In this document: piece by piece, positions 1 to 40,153 of the stretch
Layout: the number at the start of each line of letters is the position of its first letter
How positions within the stretch are numbered: position 1 is the stretch's first letter
Source: Macrostomum lignano
Taxonomy: Eukaryota
Length of the DNA: 64,000 nt
NCBI GenBank assembly: GCA_002269645.1
Contig: NIVC01000527.1
Location: 62,001 to 126,000 of the forward strand
Direction: 5' to 3'
Made by a program: the position numbers and the translations under genes
Notes under the pieces: generated by a model
Seen by the model: only the letters and a program-made list of their open reading frames with translations
What the model was told of the DNA's origin: nothing
The model's database searches: none

Positions 1-125
1 TTAGACACGCACAGACGCTAAGGTACTAGTTTAATTAAGTTTAATAAAATGAACACTGTCAGTCTGCAGCTTATTGTTTCTGCGTCTGAGCAGCACACTA
101 ATAGACAGACTGTATGTAAACTCAC

Positions 126-11787
<11,662 letters not shown>

Positions 11788-13449
11788 TTCAACTCAGGAA
11801 ATCTGAATCAGATAAACAGCCGATTCGTCTTTATAGTCAATAGTTCGGGAATTATAAGCATAATGTATATACTAGATAACAGCATAAGGCAAATCTGATT
11901 CTGAAAAGATCTATTTTTAAAAAATTAATGTTTAACTTATATTGCTTTACATTTGAATGATTACAAATTAATAAATAACAAATTCCTGGTTAGTATAGTT
12001 TGAGTGCATCAAACATAAACTTTTAATTCTTAGATCAGCCTTCAAAATTAAACTTTAAATTTACACAGGATTTCCCAGCATTATTATTTTGCTATTAATT
12101 TGTATATAGATGGTGTAGAATGAAAAGGTAGAAAATTTAATAAGAGAGTCGTCAAATATCATGCCACCAGACCCTCTATTAAAATAATAATGCATATAAT
12201 TTTATCTTAAAATACATGGATATGAATATGAATATGAATACAAAAAAGTCAATCTATTTATGTATCCATGCGAATCAATTTATTTTTGCATGCAAAACAT
12301 TTATTTTTTAAATTAAAAATGCTTTTGTGAATAATTACTATATAGCTATACGATATAGAGATCTACTGGTATATTTTTTATAACTTTTGGGTGTAGACTA
12401 TAAAAATTCACTCAATTGACTGCAGAAAATATTCAGAATTAACCAATGTTAAATGCTTAAGACGCAAAAAATTGCTTTAATAATTCTTTAGAAATTTTTT
12501 TTTGATCAGACAGTCGGATATAAGTATTTAAAAAAAACAATTTTATTGTTTTTAGACTCATACATTGGACTTATGCACAAAGTTTTTGATTAAACGTTAC
12601 GTTCGCAATGTAATCACGTGATTTAAATGTCAAAAAGTCAAATGCATTAGTTTTATTAAAAATATTTTAAATTATATAGATAACAATCACCGAGCAGCAT
12701 TTTTTATTCGTTTATATGCAATAAGAAGAGGAAATACTCAATGCATTCACAGTGTGTTTAACAATTAGCATTTAAAAAACTCACAGATCATATTTGCGTG
12801 TCGCAACAAATCAATTACATTTATTGATTTATAATTTTATTAATATTTTTTTCAATTATTTTTTTATACTTTTTTGTGCCAATCAGTCTGTATCATTGTC
12901 TTTTTCTAATGACAAGTTTTAGGTTTACTTAATACATTTGTATTAATTACTTAATACAAATGTGTTTTCAAGTTAGCTATATTTATTGGTTACAAAAATC
13001 TCTTTTTGATCAGTGTCAGACTCTAGTCGCTACTGCAATCCTTCTCACTCTAAATACACTCAAAATACTAATCAAACCTGAAACCTTCTCATTTGGAAAA
13101 AAGTTAATGCATTAGTGGTTGGGTTGCATAGAAAAAAATAAATGAATTTCGATAGGCTATGACTTATGCATCAAATTTTATACTTATTGTTAAACTTGCC
13201 ACTATTTCTATATTTCTGGGTTCAATGGAAGGCCTATTTTATTTATTCTCACGAAGGTTTTGAATTTTAGAGAGGTTGTATATTTAATTTACATAAAAAT
13301 GTTTGAATTTTTTTAAATACTTGACTCGTTGCAATCTCTCAGTCATTAATATTCTAGGATATAGAACTACTGCATTCAACTTAGGCCTCAATCAATTGAA
13401 TTATATATCAACAATCTAATGCACATAAAAGCTGCTATATATAAGCTGA

Positions 13450-15068
<1,619 letters not shown>

Positions 15069-15835
15069 TGCAGCATTCTACTGACTGCATGGTCGAATCC
15101 ATCATATCTTCAGATACGCTCGTAGTCACTAAGCTCATCATCTTTACCGTTGGATTTCCAACGCACTTTTACAGATTTTGTGAAGTAAGATAGCTATGGA
15201 TTTCGTAGAAATTCTCTACGTGTTTAACTTTGGACTTTTGGACTTTCCGTGTTTAATGGTGCAATTTTTTCTTGAAAAAATGTACACCACACTAAGCATT
15301 GCCAATTACAAATATTTGTGACATAATATTTATCAGACTATAACTTCAGTGCAATCATTTCCAATTCTGACTCAAATTCGGAGTACATTTACATCGCGCC
15401 TTTTTCATCGTTGATAGTTTGTGCAATGCTTTCTTCCATTTTATTATTACGCCAAGATTTTTTATAATATGCAAAGTATTTTACTATGTTACTTTTAGTA
15501 GTAGAATTAGTTTCCATTTTTATAAACTGCTCCAAGTTTTATTTAGGCTTCGTTTTCATTAGAACCCGTGCAAGCTTTCTGCTATATTTAAAAAAAGACG
15601 CCATTTTTTCCTTGGACTTGATTTTGTAGGTAACGGATTATTATATCGAGAAAGCACTTCCTGCTGTGCGTACACTTCGAGCTGTTTCTTAACCACTAAC
15701 CACTGACGGCCTGTGTCTTGTGAATTGATTAATTTAAACAAAATGAATTTCGTCTATCTGCGTGAGAGTGAGTGATTTGTGTATGTCGCTTTGATATAAT
15801 AAACTTTTGTGTCCTTAGAAAACAGATAGACTGGG

Positions 15836-16130
15836 CCTGACGCCTCTCCCAGTCTGACATGGCGGGTCTGACGCCTCTCCCAGTCTGACATGGCGAGTCT
15901 GACGCCTCTCCCAGTCTGACATGGCGAGTCTGACGCCTCTCCCAGTCTGACATGGCGGGTCTGACGCCTCTCCCAGTCTGACATGGCGGGTCTGACGCCT
16001 CTCTTAGTCTGATATTGCGGGTCTGACGCCTCTCCCAGTCTGACATGGCGGGTCTGACGCCTCTCCCAGTCTGACATGGCGGGTCTGACGCCTCTCCCAG
16101 TCTGACATGGCGGGTCTGACGCCTCTCTGG
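15836..16130. repeat. 31-bp minisatellite
   Basis: Tandem GGGTCTGACGCCTCTCCCAGTCTGACATGGC. Confidence 0.95.
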
Positions 16131-16291
16131 GTCTCAAAATGCAGTGATACATACAGCTTTATTAGCAAAAACTAAAACTAAAACATTATATTGGAAACTA
16201 CAGTCCTACTTATTGAAGAGCAGCCGCTAGCCTTAGCTTGTCTAATGAAATAATTCAATCTAATGAACTAATTGGAGCCACAGAGAAACTG

Positions 16292-16834
16292 TCAAGCTGC
16301 GGTCATCAGAGACGCCGCTCCGCTGCTCGCCGTCTCCGACCCCGGCGATCTGTTGGACGCCAGGTCGTCCCCGCCGGGCCTGGCGCAGCAGCCGCAGAGG
16401 CCCCAGCAGCAGCCTCCCGGCAGTCTGTGTCGCCGATTGTCCATCAGCTGCACCAGCAGGCAGACGGCGTGGAGGAAACCGGAACTGGCCAATCCGGCGA
16501 TGCAGGCGAGCTCGACGGCGCTGTTCTGGCCGGTTGTGAGCACCTGGCCGAACTGGATGCAGCGCAGGATGAAGACGGCGTAAGCGGTGCAGAAGGCTAG
16601 GATGATGAGCGCAAAGTTCAGAAATCGCAGGCGGCGCTGGCCATCGCTCAGCCGGGGCAGCGCGGCTCTCTCGTAGGGATAGCGGGACAGGGTTGCGTTG
16701 GAGGCTGAGAACAGCAGGTGCTGAAGCTGCTGGTGCTGATGCAGGTGCTGATGCAGGTGCTGATGCCGGTGCTGAAGCGGATGGAGACTGTAGTGGCCAA
16801 GCAGCACGTTGGTGCGACGCCGAAGCAGCCCCAT
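16292..16834 (-). CDS. Uncharacterised 180-aa protein with His/Gln-rich N-terminus and two predicted TM helices
   Basis: GC-rich ORF in AT-rich surroundings; candidate acceptor TTTTCAG about 30 nt upstream of the ATG; hydrophobic segments FLNFALIILAFCTAYAVFIL and VELACIAGLASSGFLHAVCLLVQL; Cys-rich tail. Confidence 0.55.
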   Translation of the reverse strand: MGLLRRRTNVLLGHYSLHPLQHRHQHLHQHLHQHQQLQHLLFSASNATLSRYPYERAALPRLSDGQRRLRFLNFALIILAFCTAYAVFILRCIQFGQVLTTGQNSAVELACIAGLASSGFLHAVCLLVQLMDNRRHRLPGGCCWGLCGCCARPGGDDLASNRSPGSETASSGAASLMTAA

Positions 16835-16964
16835 TGGTGACGAGCTGCGCTTGTTGATAGCTAGCTGAAAAATAAATATTCGTATGATTTCAGATGTTAT
16901 GCAGTAAATAGAGGATGAGAATACCGATTTGGTAGGCCATAGACATGCACTTAAATTTACACTA

Positions 16965-17610
16965 CTGATTGAAGCTTAATCAGAACCGATTGAGGCTTAA
17001 TCAGAACCGATTGAGGCTTAATCAGAACCGATTGAGGCTTAATCAGAACCGATTGAAGCTTAATCAGAACCGATTGAGGCTTAATCAAAATCCATTGAAG
17101 CTTACTCAGAATCCATTGAAGCTTGGTCCAATGTGATGTAAGCTTGGTCCAATGTGATGTAAGCTTGGTCCAATGTGGTGTAAGCTTGGTCCAATGTGAT
17201 GTAAGCTTGGTCCAATGTGGTGTAAGCTTGGTCCAATGTGATGTAAGCTTGGTCCAATGTGATGTAAGCTTGGTCCCATGTGATGTAAGCTTGGTCCAAT
17301 GTGATGTAAGCTTGGTCCAATGTGATGTAAGCTTGGTCCAATGTGATGTAAGCTTGGTCCCATGTGATGTAAGCTTGGTCCAATGTGATGTAAGCTTGGT
17401 CCAATGTGATGTAAGCTTGGTCCCATGTGATGTAAGCTTGGTCCAATGTGATGTAAGCTTGGTCCAATGTGATGTAAGCTTGGTCCAATGTGATGTAAGC
17501 TTGGTCCAATGTGATGTAAGCTTGGTCCAATGTGATGCAAGCTTGGTCCCATGTGATGTAAGCTTGGTCCCATTTGATGTAAGCTTGGTCCCATGTGATG
17601 TAAGCTTGGT
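16965..17610. repeat. Two adjacent 21-bp minisatellites
   Basis: TTGAGGCTTAATCAGAACCGA array, then AAGCTTGGTCCAATGTGATGT array. Confidence 0.95.
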
Positions 17611-18039
17611 CAATGTAAAAAATTCGAAATATTTCCTCATTAAAAATTTCCTTTTGGCCATAGCTAAACGGGAAGTCTATATTCGCAACTTGTATGCATT
17701 GATCAAAGCAAAAACTATTCAAAAGTAGAACTTCAATTTTTAGTTTGGCCATTTTTAGTTCCCCAGTCCTTATTAGACAGTCGGGATTCAGTCAGTCATT
17801 GGCCTGAGTCCAATTTCATATCCGAATTTTTGTGCAGAAGACTAATCAGCTTTGAGGCCTTGGGGATTATTGAGCCGTCTGGCATACTTTGCTCAGATTT
17901 CCTGTCTAGAAAACTTCGGGAAGAAAATAAGGGAAATGACTAGCAAAATCTTTATTTTAATTGGAACAAATGGAAGGAGAAGAGAGGGAAAGGGATGATG
18001 AAGCAAGGTAGAAATTGAAGGGGTGCTGTAGCGGGGTGG

Positions 18040-18415
18040 GTGTAGAGGGGTAGATGCAGAGGGGTAGATGTTGAGGGGTAGATGTTGAGGGGTAGATGTT
18101 GAGGGGTAGATGTTGAGGGGTAGATGTTGAGGGGTAGATGTTGAGGGGTAGATGTTGAGGGGTAGATGTTGAGGGGTAGATGTTGAGGGGTAGATGTTGA
18201 GGGGTAGATGTTGAGGGGTAGATGTTGAGGGGTAGATGCAGAGGGGTAGATGCAGAGGGGTAGATGCAGAGGGGTAGATGCAGAGGGGTAGATGCAGAGG
18301 GGTAGATGCAGAGGGGTAGATGCAGAGGGGTAGATGCAGAGGGGTGGATGCAGAGGGGTAGATGCAGAGGGGTAGATGCAGAGGGGTAGATGCAGAAGGG
18401 TAGATGCAGAGGGGT
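18040..18415. repeat. 14-bp minisatellite
   Basis: GTTGAGGGGTAGAT / GCAGAGGGGTAGAT variants in blocks. Confidence 0.95.
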
Positions 18416-19589
18416 TAGCAAGTACTTGAATGAAGTCATTGACTTTTAAAACTATTTCTGTCTACAGCTTTATAACAGATGCGATATTTCATGCCATGGA
18501 AATGAATTGCACCAAATTTCTCATCCAGTGCTCCAGCACTAATAAATTTCCCATAAAGCCTGGCTGCACCAGACGCTTAGCAGCTATTGTACAGGCTGAA
18601 CTGAGGTGAGTCGACTTGGGGGGGGGGCATGCCAAAGACTTCCCAAGTTTCGTTGCCGCCGCGTCTTCTTACTTCGTACTCAGGGGAGATTTCTTTCTCC
18701 TACTCGCGGGCGCCGCTCTCCCGACCCCCCCCCCTGTTCTTTCACCGCCAGTGCGGCACATGATTATCCCAATTTGAAGCCAGCGGACTTCCCAAAACCG
18801 AGCGCACAGAGCTTCCTCCCTCCCTATCCGTGAGAAGCAATCAGAGGTAAGCCAGTTTAGGGGGGGGGGTGTTGAACGAGGGAACGAGTTCCAGGAGACA
18901 CGGCGTTAAGAATGGCGCACTGACTAAATCGCTAATTCTGCACTTGCTCCGCTGACTGATCTGGTTCTCAGATTTTTCTTCTGCTTTTTTGCCGCAAACG
19001 ATCTTATTAGAATGTTGTTGCCAAAGAACAGGCGGATTGTTAGCTGAGGCTTCAATTTACTTTGGACAAACTCTGCAATGCCATGGACAGAAGGCAGATG
19101 AAGTCTGAACAGTGCTTAATGGAAAACAGAAGTTGTGAAGCAGTGTACGAGAAATTAGTAAGATTAGAAATACGGAAGCAGTAAACACAGAAGCAAAAAC
19201 CACAGAATCAGCAGTCACAGAAGCAGAAACTGCGGAATCGGCAACCACAGAAGCAGCAACTACAGAAGCAGCAACCACAGAAGCAGCAACTACAGAAGCA
19301 GCAACCACAGAAACAGCAACTGCAGAAGCAGCGAAAAGGCAAAAACAATCCTTGCTGCTCGGTTTTGCTGCCATGAGTCTGCTCGCCCGGTCTCTTCACA
19401 AGGCGTCTCCATCGGAGGCTGCGGAAGTCGCCAAACCTGCCGCTGAAACCACAGAAATGCAGAGGGAGCTCATTCGCACGCTGAAGGAGAAGCACACAGA
19501 TAGAAGGCAGCCGGGCGTGACTGAGTGAGCAGTCCGGATTTTAATTATAGCTGCATGCAACTTGCTGGGATTGCAGTGACCTGCGGTTA

Positions 19590-20995
19590 CTTTAACTTGT
19601 AACTTTACCGTTACCTGGTACTGTAACTTTACCGTTACCTGGTACTGTAACTTTACCTTTACCTGGTACTGTAACTTTACCGCTTCCTGGTACTGTAACT
19701 TTACCTTTACCTGGTACTGTAACTTTACCGTTATCTGGTACTGTAACTTTACCTTTACCTGGTACTGTAACTTTACCGTTACCTGGTACTGTAACTTTAC
19801 CTTTACCTGGTACTGTAACTTTACCGCTTCCTGGTACTGTAACTTTACCTTTACCTGGTACTGTAACTTTACCGCTTCCTGGTACTGTAGCTTTACCGTT
19901 ACCTGGTACGCTCGTACTGTAACTTTACTGTTACCTGGTACTGTAACTTTACCTTTACCTGGTACGCTCGTACTGTAACTTTACTGTTACCTGGTACTGT
20001 AACTTTACCACTACCTGGTACTGTAACTTTACCGTTACCTGGTACTGTAACTTTACCATTACCTGGTACTGTAACTTTACCATTACCTGGTACTGTAACT
20101 TTACTGTTACCTGGTACTGTAACTTTACTGTTACCTGGTACTGTAACTTTACTGTTACCTGGTACTGTAACTTTACTGTTACCTGGTACTGTAACTTTAC
20201 TGTTACCTGGTACTGTAACTTTACTGTTACCTGGTATTGTAACTTTACCGTTACCTGGTACTGTAACTTTACCGTTACCTGGTACTGTAGTAACTTTACT
20301 GTTACCTGGTACTGTAACTTTACCATTGCCTGGTACTGTAACTTTACCATTGCCTGGTACTGTAACTTTACTGTTACCTGGTACTGTAACTTTACCGCTT
20401 CCTGGTACTGTAACTTTACCTTTACCTGGTACTGTAACTTTACCGTTACCTGGTACTGTAACTTTACCTTTACCTGGTACTGTAACTTTACCGTTACCTG
20501 GTACTGTAACTTTACCTTTACCTGGTACTGTAGCTTTACCGTTACCTGGTACTGTAACTTTACCACTACCTGGTACTGTAACTTTACTGTTACCTGGTAC
20601 TGTAACTTTACCGTTACCTGGTACTGTAACTTTACCTTTACCTGGTACTGTAGCTTTACCGTTACCTGGTACTGTAACTTTACCACTACCTGGTACTGTA
20701 ACTTTACTGTTACCTGGTACTGTAACTTTACCGTTACCTGGTACTGTAACTTTACCACTACCTGGTACTGTAACTTTACTGTTACCTGGTACTGTAACTT
20801 TACTGTTACCTGGTACTGTAACTTTACTGTTACCTGGTACTGTTGCTTTACCGTTACCTGATACTGTAACTTTACCGTTACCTGGTACTGTAACTTTACT
20901 GTTACCTGGTACTGTAACTTTACTGTTACCTGGTACTGTAACTTTACTGTTACCTGGTACTGTAACTTTACTGTTACCTGTTACTGTAACTTTAC
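19590..20995. repeat. 24-bp minisatellite
   Basis: TACCTGGTACTGTAACTTTACCGT-type units. Confidence 0.95.
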
Positions 20996-22400
20996 CGTCA
21001 CTGTCATCTATAACATTATCGTCGCCGCTAACTTTATCGGCACCGTTTCTGTAACTACGAGTATACTTTAACAGCTTTTGCACAGGATGGGGCTGTGAGT
21101 GTTGCCAAATGCACCTTAAATCCTGTTCTCATCCGCTTCAAAACTGGATTGAGCCCACTCTCTTTCTCCTTGCCAGCAGCTGCTAGCTAATCACAGGTAA
21201 TGGCATTAAGATTAATTTATAACAAGCAAATTCTATCTGTCTACTAACAGTAGACTGGTAGAGCTTTTTGTCATCAAGCCGATAAAGTAGCGTTTAAAAA
21301 AGGATTTCTAAGAAATCTATCGTACAAGCGTACAATTCTTTCTCAAAGCAATTCTTGTTGAAAAGCAAATTTTTTCAGAATAGAAAGGTTGAGTCAAAGT
21401 AAAAAATTCACCTTGATTTTCTAGTGACAACACAGCGGTGATTCAATCTCTTCTCCGAAGCAGTGTAACGGTTTCCGATCGCACTATAATCCGATTTTAG
21501 ACCGTGTAAAACTGGCACAGTTTCGCTGTCAGCGATGTCTATGTGCCAAACGGAATTGCCGTCTATAATTTATATTTAGGGCTTTCCATATATGGCAGCG
21601 GCCTCATCGCAGTCACATACAGTGCGGATGATAAAAGTGCACTCGGCACTCCCACACGCCACTCTCTCCCCCCTCTCTCTCCCTCTGTCCCGGCTCCCCT
21701 CTCCTCCCCTCCCAGCTTCGCCAATGCCCTTCCCCTAATGTCTCGGGATCAATAAGTTGAGCCTGGAGCGCTGCCTGCAAAGCTGCGGCCACCCACCCCC
21801 TCCCCCCTTACCCGGGCCGGGTCGGTGAGGCGAGGGAGAGGAGAGTGCAGAGGTAGGGAGGGGATGAGGAAGGTGGGACTCAGCCCTGGCTGGCTGGGAG
21901 AAGGCGGAGAGCGGAGGGTGAGTACTGCAGCTCAGCAGCAGGCGGGTGGGGAGCACCGCAGGCCTGCCATGCTGACCGCCTTTCTCTCCGCCTCCTGCCC
22001 CGCCCCGCTCCCCTCGCAGAGCTTCGCCCACTATAGTCAAGTGCGGTCTACCAGCCAGAGAGAGAGATTCTGGCAAGAGTTGGCAGCCTTGCTCTGCTCC
22101 CTCACTCTGCTGCTCAGCTCTGTGCTGTACTCCCTTGCTTCACTTCCCTTCCTCTCTGATCCGCTGCCCCCCCCCCCCGGTTTGGCTGCAAAGATAGCTG
22201 CAACCGCTGACACGTCAGGGCGGGGGAACAATATATTGAGCCGCTATTGTCATTACAAAACGGCGTCTAGATTTTGCAAGGCTATTTTTTTTACCGAGAG
22301 ATAATCCGAGATAATTTGCTCCCCCCCCCGCTGGGTTCAGGCCGGGCCGAAGGTGCCAGAAATGCTGCCTCTAAGCTAGCAATAGAGACTATTGGGAGAT

Positions 22401-35123
<12,723 letters not shown>

Positions 35124-37367
35124 TGACGGGGGGTAGTTTCTCCCGGTTCAAAAGTCTAAAAGCAGGAATCGGTGATCCTTAGTATTCGCTCGCAGGGTTC
35201 CTACAGAATACGGCCCCTCATAGTTTCTCCCTCCCGTCCAGGCCGTATTCGACCCCCCCCCCTACCCCTGAAAAATCATGTGTCGAGTTCGGTGTGATTC
35301 TCCGCCCAGTGACCCTGTCGCATGCGACATGCGCGTGCACTATTTCTTTACCTTGCCTGTCTGTCTGAAGCCATTTCGCCTGCTGCATTGTCTATCGCGG
35401 CTGCTTGTGAAACAAAGATGGAAATTTATCCCAATTAAAAGCACAAGAGTAAAGAATGGGCAAAGTAGGACAACCCCCCCCCCCCCTAACTCTGCGCGGT
35501 CCTCATCTGAGAGAACTGGTGCTGCCAGCAGTGTGGCTGCGGGCGAAACTCTCTCAATACCAGCAACATTCTCGATCGTTCTCGTTATTTTTTGCACACA
35601 CAGTTTTTCTCTTTCCTGTCCGCTTCATAGATGAAGTTTTTTTTAAAAACAACAAAGTATTTCAGACTTTGCCAACTGCAGGCTGCACTCGTTCGATATT
35701 GTGTGTTCTACTGTCCAATATTTTCTCCACCGAGATATCCTACTCAAGTTTCTACTGCATAAATAGCTGTTTTCGATGCACATTGGTCGCAGACAGTTTT
35801 TCGCAGGCTATAGTGATGTAATGAGTTGACGGGTTTTGAGTTAAGAAAATTTTGATCACCGCTGGGTTAAAATGATTGGAATCAGTTTTTACTTTTTTCC
35901 TCCTTCTTTTCACGTTCTCCCTCTGTATCTCTCCGCTGTCTGTTTGGCTCGAATTTTAATGCTACATATTTTTGCAATTTCTGAACTCCCTCTTGCTTGA
36001 GCAGACAGCACCGCCACCCCAGCAGAGCCTACCCAAGCACATTCGTTTTCTACTCGTACTACTGCAGAGCGTTGCTACATGCTTCTCGATTCAATTTGCT
36101 ACTATTGACTACTATTAATACATACTACAAATTATTAACAAATATATCTGAATATGCATATAAACATTTATAGAATTCACTGCATAGCTTGCCATTGGCA
36201 AGCCTATCCACTCGAGGCGATTTTTATCAACATTTTTATTGGAACTTGTACGAAAAAAATCGACAAAAACAACGAATCGACTATGCTTAAAATGAGTAGT
36301 GTGGTAAGTATTTTTCACTATTTCTTATTTCATGGTCAAAGATTCAGTTCTTTAGTACGGTTAAATAGCTAAATTGGCTTATAAAAGTCACCGCAAGCGA
36401 GGTGCAAATTAGGCTGAGCTGAAGTTCCAACCCGCTGTGATTGGGTAGCAGCTCAGAGCTGCGGTAGAAATACCTCAGCATGGGATCACAGCCTAGGAGT
36501 TGCGACTCCAAGATTCTGAGTTCTGTGCGGTGTACAAGCTGTACACAGCCTTTAGATGCACCGCGAAGTTACAGAAGCCGCCGCGCCTTTGGCTGCTGCA
36601 CCCTGGCCACTTTTTCGATTGCACTAAGTGCGTCTTCTTAATTAATATTCGAAATAAACATTCCATTGATAGTGCATAAATCATACAATACTACTTACTC
36701 ACTATCGTGAAAGTAGATAGATGAACAAAATAGTAGTCAATCCACTCAACTAATTAATCTCTTCTTGGGGCGGTCGAGCTTCCGCCTTGCGCTTTTCGTT
36801 GCAGTCGATAATCCGAAATCAATCAAACAGAACTGCATTGCGAACTTGAGAGCGGGCCGGAGAACTATAGACGAGCACGAGAGCAGGGAGGGTGGAGGCC
36901 GGGCCAAGGCAGGAACAGGGTCAGCGAAATGCGATCCGGTCAATGTCAAAGACGACTGATAATATAAAAGGGATCGGCTTAGCATCATTTTCTACCTGAC
37001 AGCCTGGAGACTTTTATCCCCTGCCCTGGCCTCTGCCATCGGCTAAAATCTCCCTAGGGAACTGCGGGGATGCAGAGAAGGATAACATTTTTTGCGACTG
37101 CCAGTATCTGGGATCGATGGCTGCTTTGATATCCGGGCGCATTTGGAGCAGAAGTTAGCCAGCATTATCGTCTGTTTAGCCGGGATGACAAAGGGAAAAA
37201 CGACGACACAGAGGGATGGATCGGATTTCAGCAACAAGCTGGGCTCTGGGTCGATGTTTGACTGTACCTGGATAGGATGAAAGGGAAACAATAAAGTGAC
37301 TTGGATAAGTGGAAGCGGCTAATGCAAGCGGAACAATCGGATGTTTTCGCGATAATGAGCTCTACCT

Positions 37368-40153
37368 CAGGGACTACTCAAACATCAGGACGGGAAACTA
37401 GGCAGATCATGGCGAAGTTTTTACGAGGCTGCATGGTTTGTTAGCAGCTGACGAGGCTGGCTGGCTTATTTGTATAGAGCGATATTTTGCTGTCTATGGT
37501 TATTTTCTATTATTTGAAGCTTGTGATACCGTTATTTCGGACTTCTTGAACTTTAGGTAAATAAAATAGTTACAATTTTGATAGGATCATAATTTTGTCT
37601 CTATAGGGGTTTTTTATGGTGCTGATTTCAAATTTGAGCTTAATTTTTTTGTAGCTTAAAGCCAACCACCGGGACATTGGGAATGGGGGGTTTTAGGGTG
37701 GGAAGAATCTTCATGGGAATTGATTTTATCTACTTAAACTTCAATAGAGGCATGGGGATCTATTGAAGATTAGGTAGGTAAATTCTGAACCCAAGGGGGT
37801 CTGATGAGGGGGGGTCTGACAAGGGGGGGTGGGCCGATAACTACCAACCACTGGGACATGGGGAATGGGGGTTTTAGGATGGGGAAAATCTTCATGGGAA
37901 TTGATTTTACCTACCTAAACTTCAATAGAGGCATGGGGGTCTATTGTAGATTAGGTATATAAATTCGGAGACTGAGGGTTCCAGAGTGAAATGTAATGAA
38001 GCTTAAATAAAAACTTTCAGCAAGTTATCAAACACTTCCATCAAGAAAATTATAATCTTATCAAAGTAATTGATATCAGCAGCTATAATTACCTTTTAGA
38101 ATAGAGAAGATAACGCAAATTAGTAGAAATTAAGTATAGGTAAACATATAAAGAATGTACAGCTAGTCACAACCATGAGAGAACAATAGCGAATCAAAAG
38201 CAGGAGGCAAGGGCGACTGGCAAACCGTGAGTCAGCATTTTTTTAAAACACTAATTTGACGTAGCACTTTTGGTGCACTATAACAGACTGAGTGAAGATA
38301 AATTAGAATAGACACTCCTTTTATTGGAGTTAAAAATCTAACCTCCTAAATGTTTTTTACAATAAATTCATTAAAATTTTAGACAATATTTACGTTTGAG
38401 AGCCATGATTCTAAACAAGTTTAATTTTCAAACATACAATTCTCCGAAACTGCTTGCATTGAATTATCATTAATTACATAGGGGATTAACAAATTGAGCT
38501 CCTGTTAACTCTGACAGTAATTTTTTGCAGTTTTCTTTGCTTTATTATCATTTTGGACAGCCTCTAAGACTCTGGCAAAAGTTTTAGCAAAATCGAAAAA
38601 ATCGGAAGTATTTTACGTACCTAAAGTTCCAGAAGTCCGTTATTTCCACTGCAGTCTAGGACAAGCTCGATTTTTCTGCTTGTGTTGTTGGCATCAATGC
38701 CAAGAAAGTGCAGCGTTGTTGGCTGCAAGTCAAATTACGAGTCCGAACGATTAGCTACGAAAGTCCATCTGTTTCCGAAGGACTCTGTTGAGCGAGAGCG
38801 ATGGAAAAAGGCCCTGCCGAACATCCTAGAGGTAGGCGCTATTTACTATAAGGTAAGTTGTGCTAATATATTGTATGCAAATTTTTCCTTTATTCCGCCT
38901 TTCAGTCCGTAACAGATCACATGGGAATCTGCGCCAAACACTGGCCACCGGACACAACAATGGTGAAAAATCGACGATTTGAGGCACCAAAGGATCCGCC
39001 TTCTATTTTCAATGGTCTTGCCTGGTCCAGTACCAAGGTATGACTATACTTTGAATACCTATTTGTACTTTAGTTAGACTCTAGCATTTGGTTCATATAA
39101 TCTAAACTTCCTCAAAGTTGGCCACCATAAATGTTTTTACATTTTAGAACGCAATAGAGATGTGAGGACGAGAGGTGTTCTCTCTGACGCACGAGGTGGC
39201 TTAGCGGATGAATTAGAGGAGTTTCAGCTGAGCGACACCATATCTTCGTGGAATGAAGTCAAGTCAAACGCCACTCCTTAGTGGTTACATTTTTTCAGCA
39301 GGATTTATAAATGTTTTCATTGGACTCCAATGGCGACATGCTTGTTCGACTATTAATTTCGCCAAATTTTGCTGTTCGCGTTAGACAGCTGCCCATCAAA
39401 TACTGATGGCATCGCTCTCTCAGAAAAGGCTTCACTTTATTTCATCGCTGGTAAGATTTCTTTTCTTGCTGTATCTAATTAGTATATAGCCCCCCGACTA
39501 ATTGTATTTTTGGTGTGCTGAAGTAGCGATGATACGAGTACTAAATGGATCTTTTTCAGGCTATATCTGTGTCAAGGAGAAAATTGAAGGCGTCGCAGAG
39601 AATTTGCGGACAGCACAAAAGAAGAAGCCAGTGAATTTACTCAGTTACTATCGCGGGGAAAGCTACAGCACCCCCCAGAGTGGCTGTTTTCATTTCTATG
39701 CTACGCATGCTTCACTGCCCACTCACCCGTTTGTGCAACGAGAGTGCAGACACTATCACAATATACTAAATCTCTAAGATCTGTCTTTTACAACTATAGC
39801 CACCATTTACAACTATAGCTGAAAATTTCTTCCATTACATTGACTGTGTGAGTTAACTTTTTATTGTTCGTCTGTTCCATGTTCACTATTCACCCCTTAC
39901 AAATAGCCCTCAATGTTACCTTATATATTTTATGAACTATTTTTTCAATGAACTTTCAAGTAAATATACACAGTTCATAAAAGCACCTGAATATTAAAAT
40001 TCACAGATATAATAAAATATAAAATTTATTGAAGATTTATTGAAATATTGAAATAGCTACTGCTGCATTGGCGCGGCCATAGATTTAACCAGCCTCGTAA
40101 AAACTTCGCCATGATTTGCTTAGTTTCCCGTCCCGATGTTTGAGTAGTCCCTG
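37368..40153 (+). mobile_element. P-element superfamily (THAP) DNA transposon, internally deleted, 2786 bp
   Basis: About 65-bp TIRs (CAGGGACTACTCAAACATC...CGAGGCTG and its reverse complement at the right end) and a perfect 8-bp TSD CTCTACCT (37360-67 and 40154-61). Contains a THAP gene fragment. Confidence 0.92.
38697..39730 (+). pseudogene. Spliced THAP/P-type transposase remnant
   Basis: Exons 38697-38831 and 38906-39037 give an intact C2CH THAP domain (CSVVGC...HLFP...W...ICAKHW...DPPSIF). Downstream frame is disrupted. C-terminal SLYFIAG|YIC (intron 39451-39559) and SEFTQLLSRGKLQHP motifs remain; no catalytic core visible. Confidence 0.8.

Noticed and set aside
11850-13400. Organellar insertion in the AT-rich stretch (also 62.8-64 kb)
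   Set aside because: No recognisable mitochondrial genes or tRNAs.
19075-19125. NAMDRRQ as the RIM Rab3-binding helix
   Set aside because: Only a short resemblance to VMDRQ; no DLSHL motif, and the frame stops before any usable donor.
19899-21083. 394-aa VTVPGNSK repeat ORF
   Set aside because: 24-bp minisatellite; the array continues past an 8-bp frameshifting insertion; no splice or homology support.
21543-22304. ORFs upstream of RIM
   Set aside because: Low-complexity GC-rich promoter/5' UTR-like sequence with no RIM motifs.
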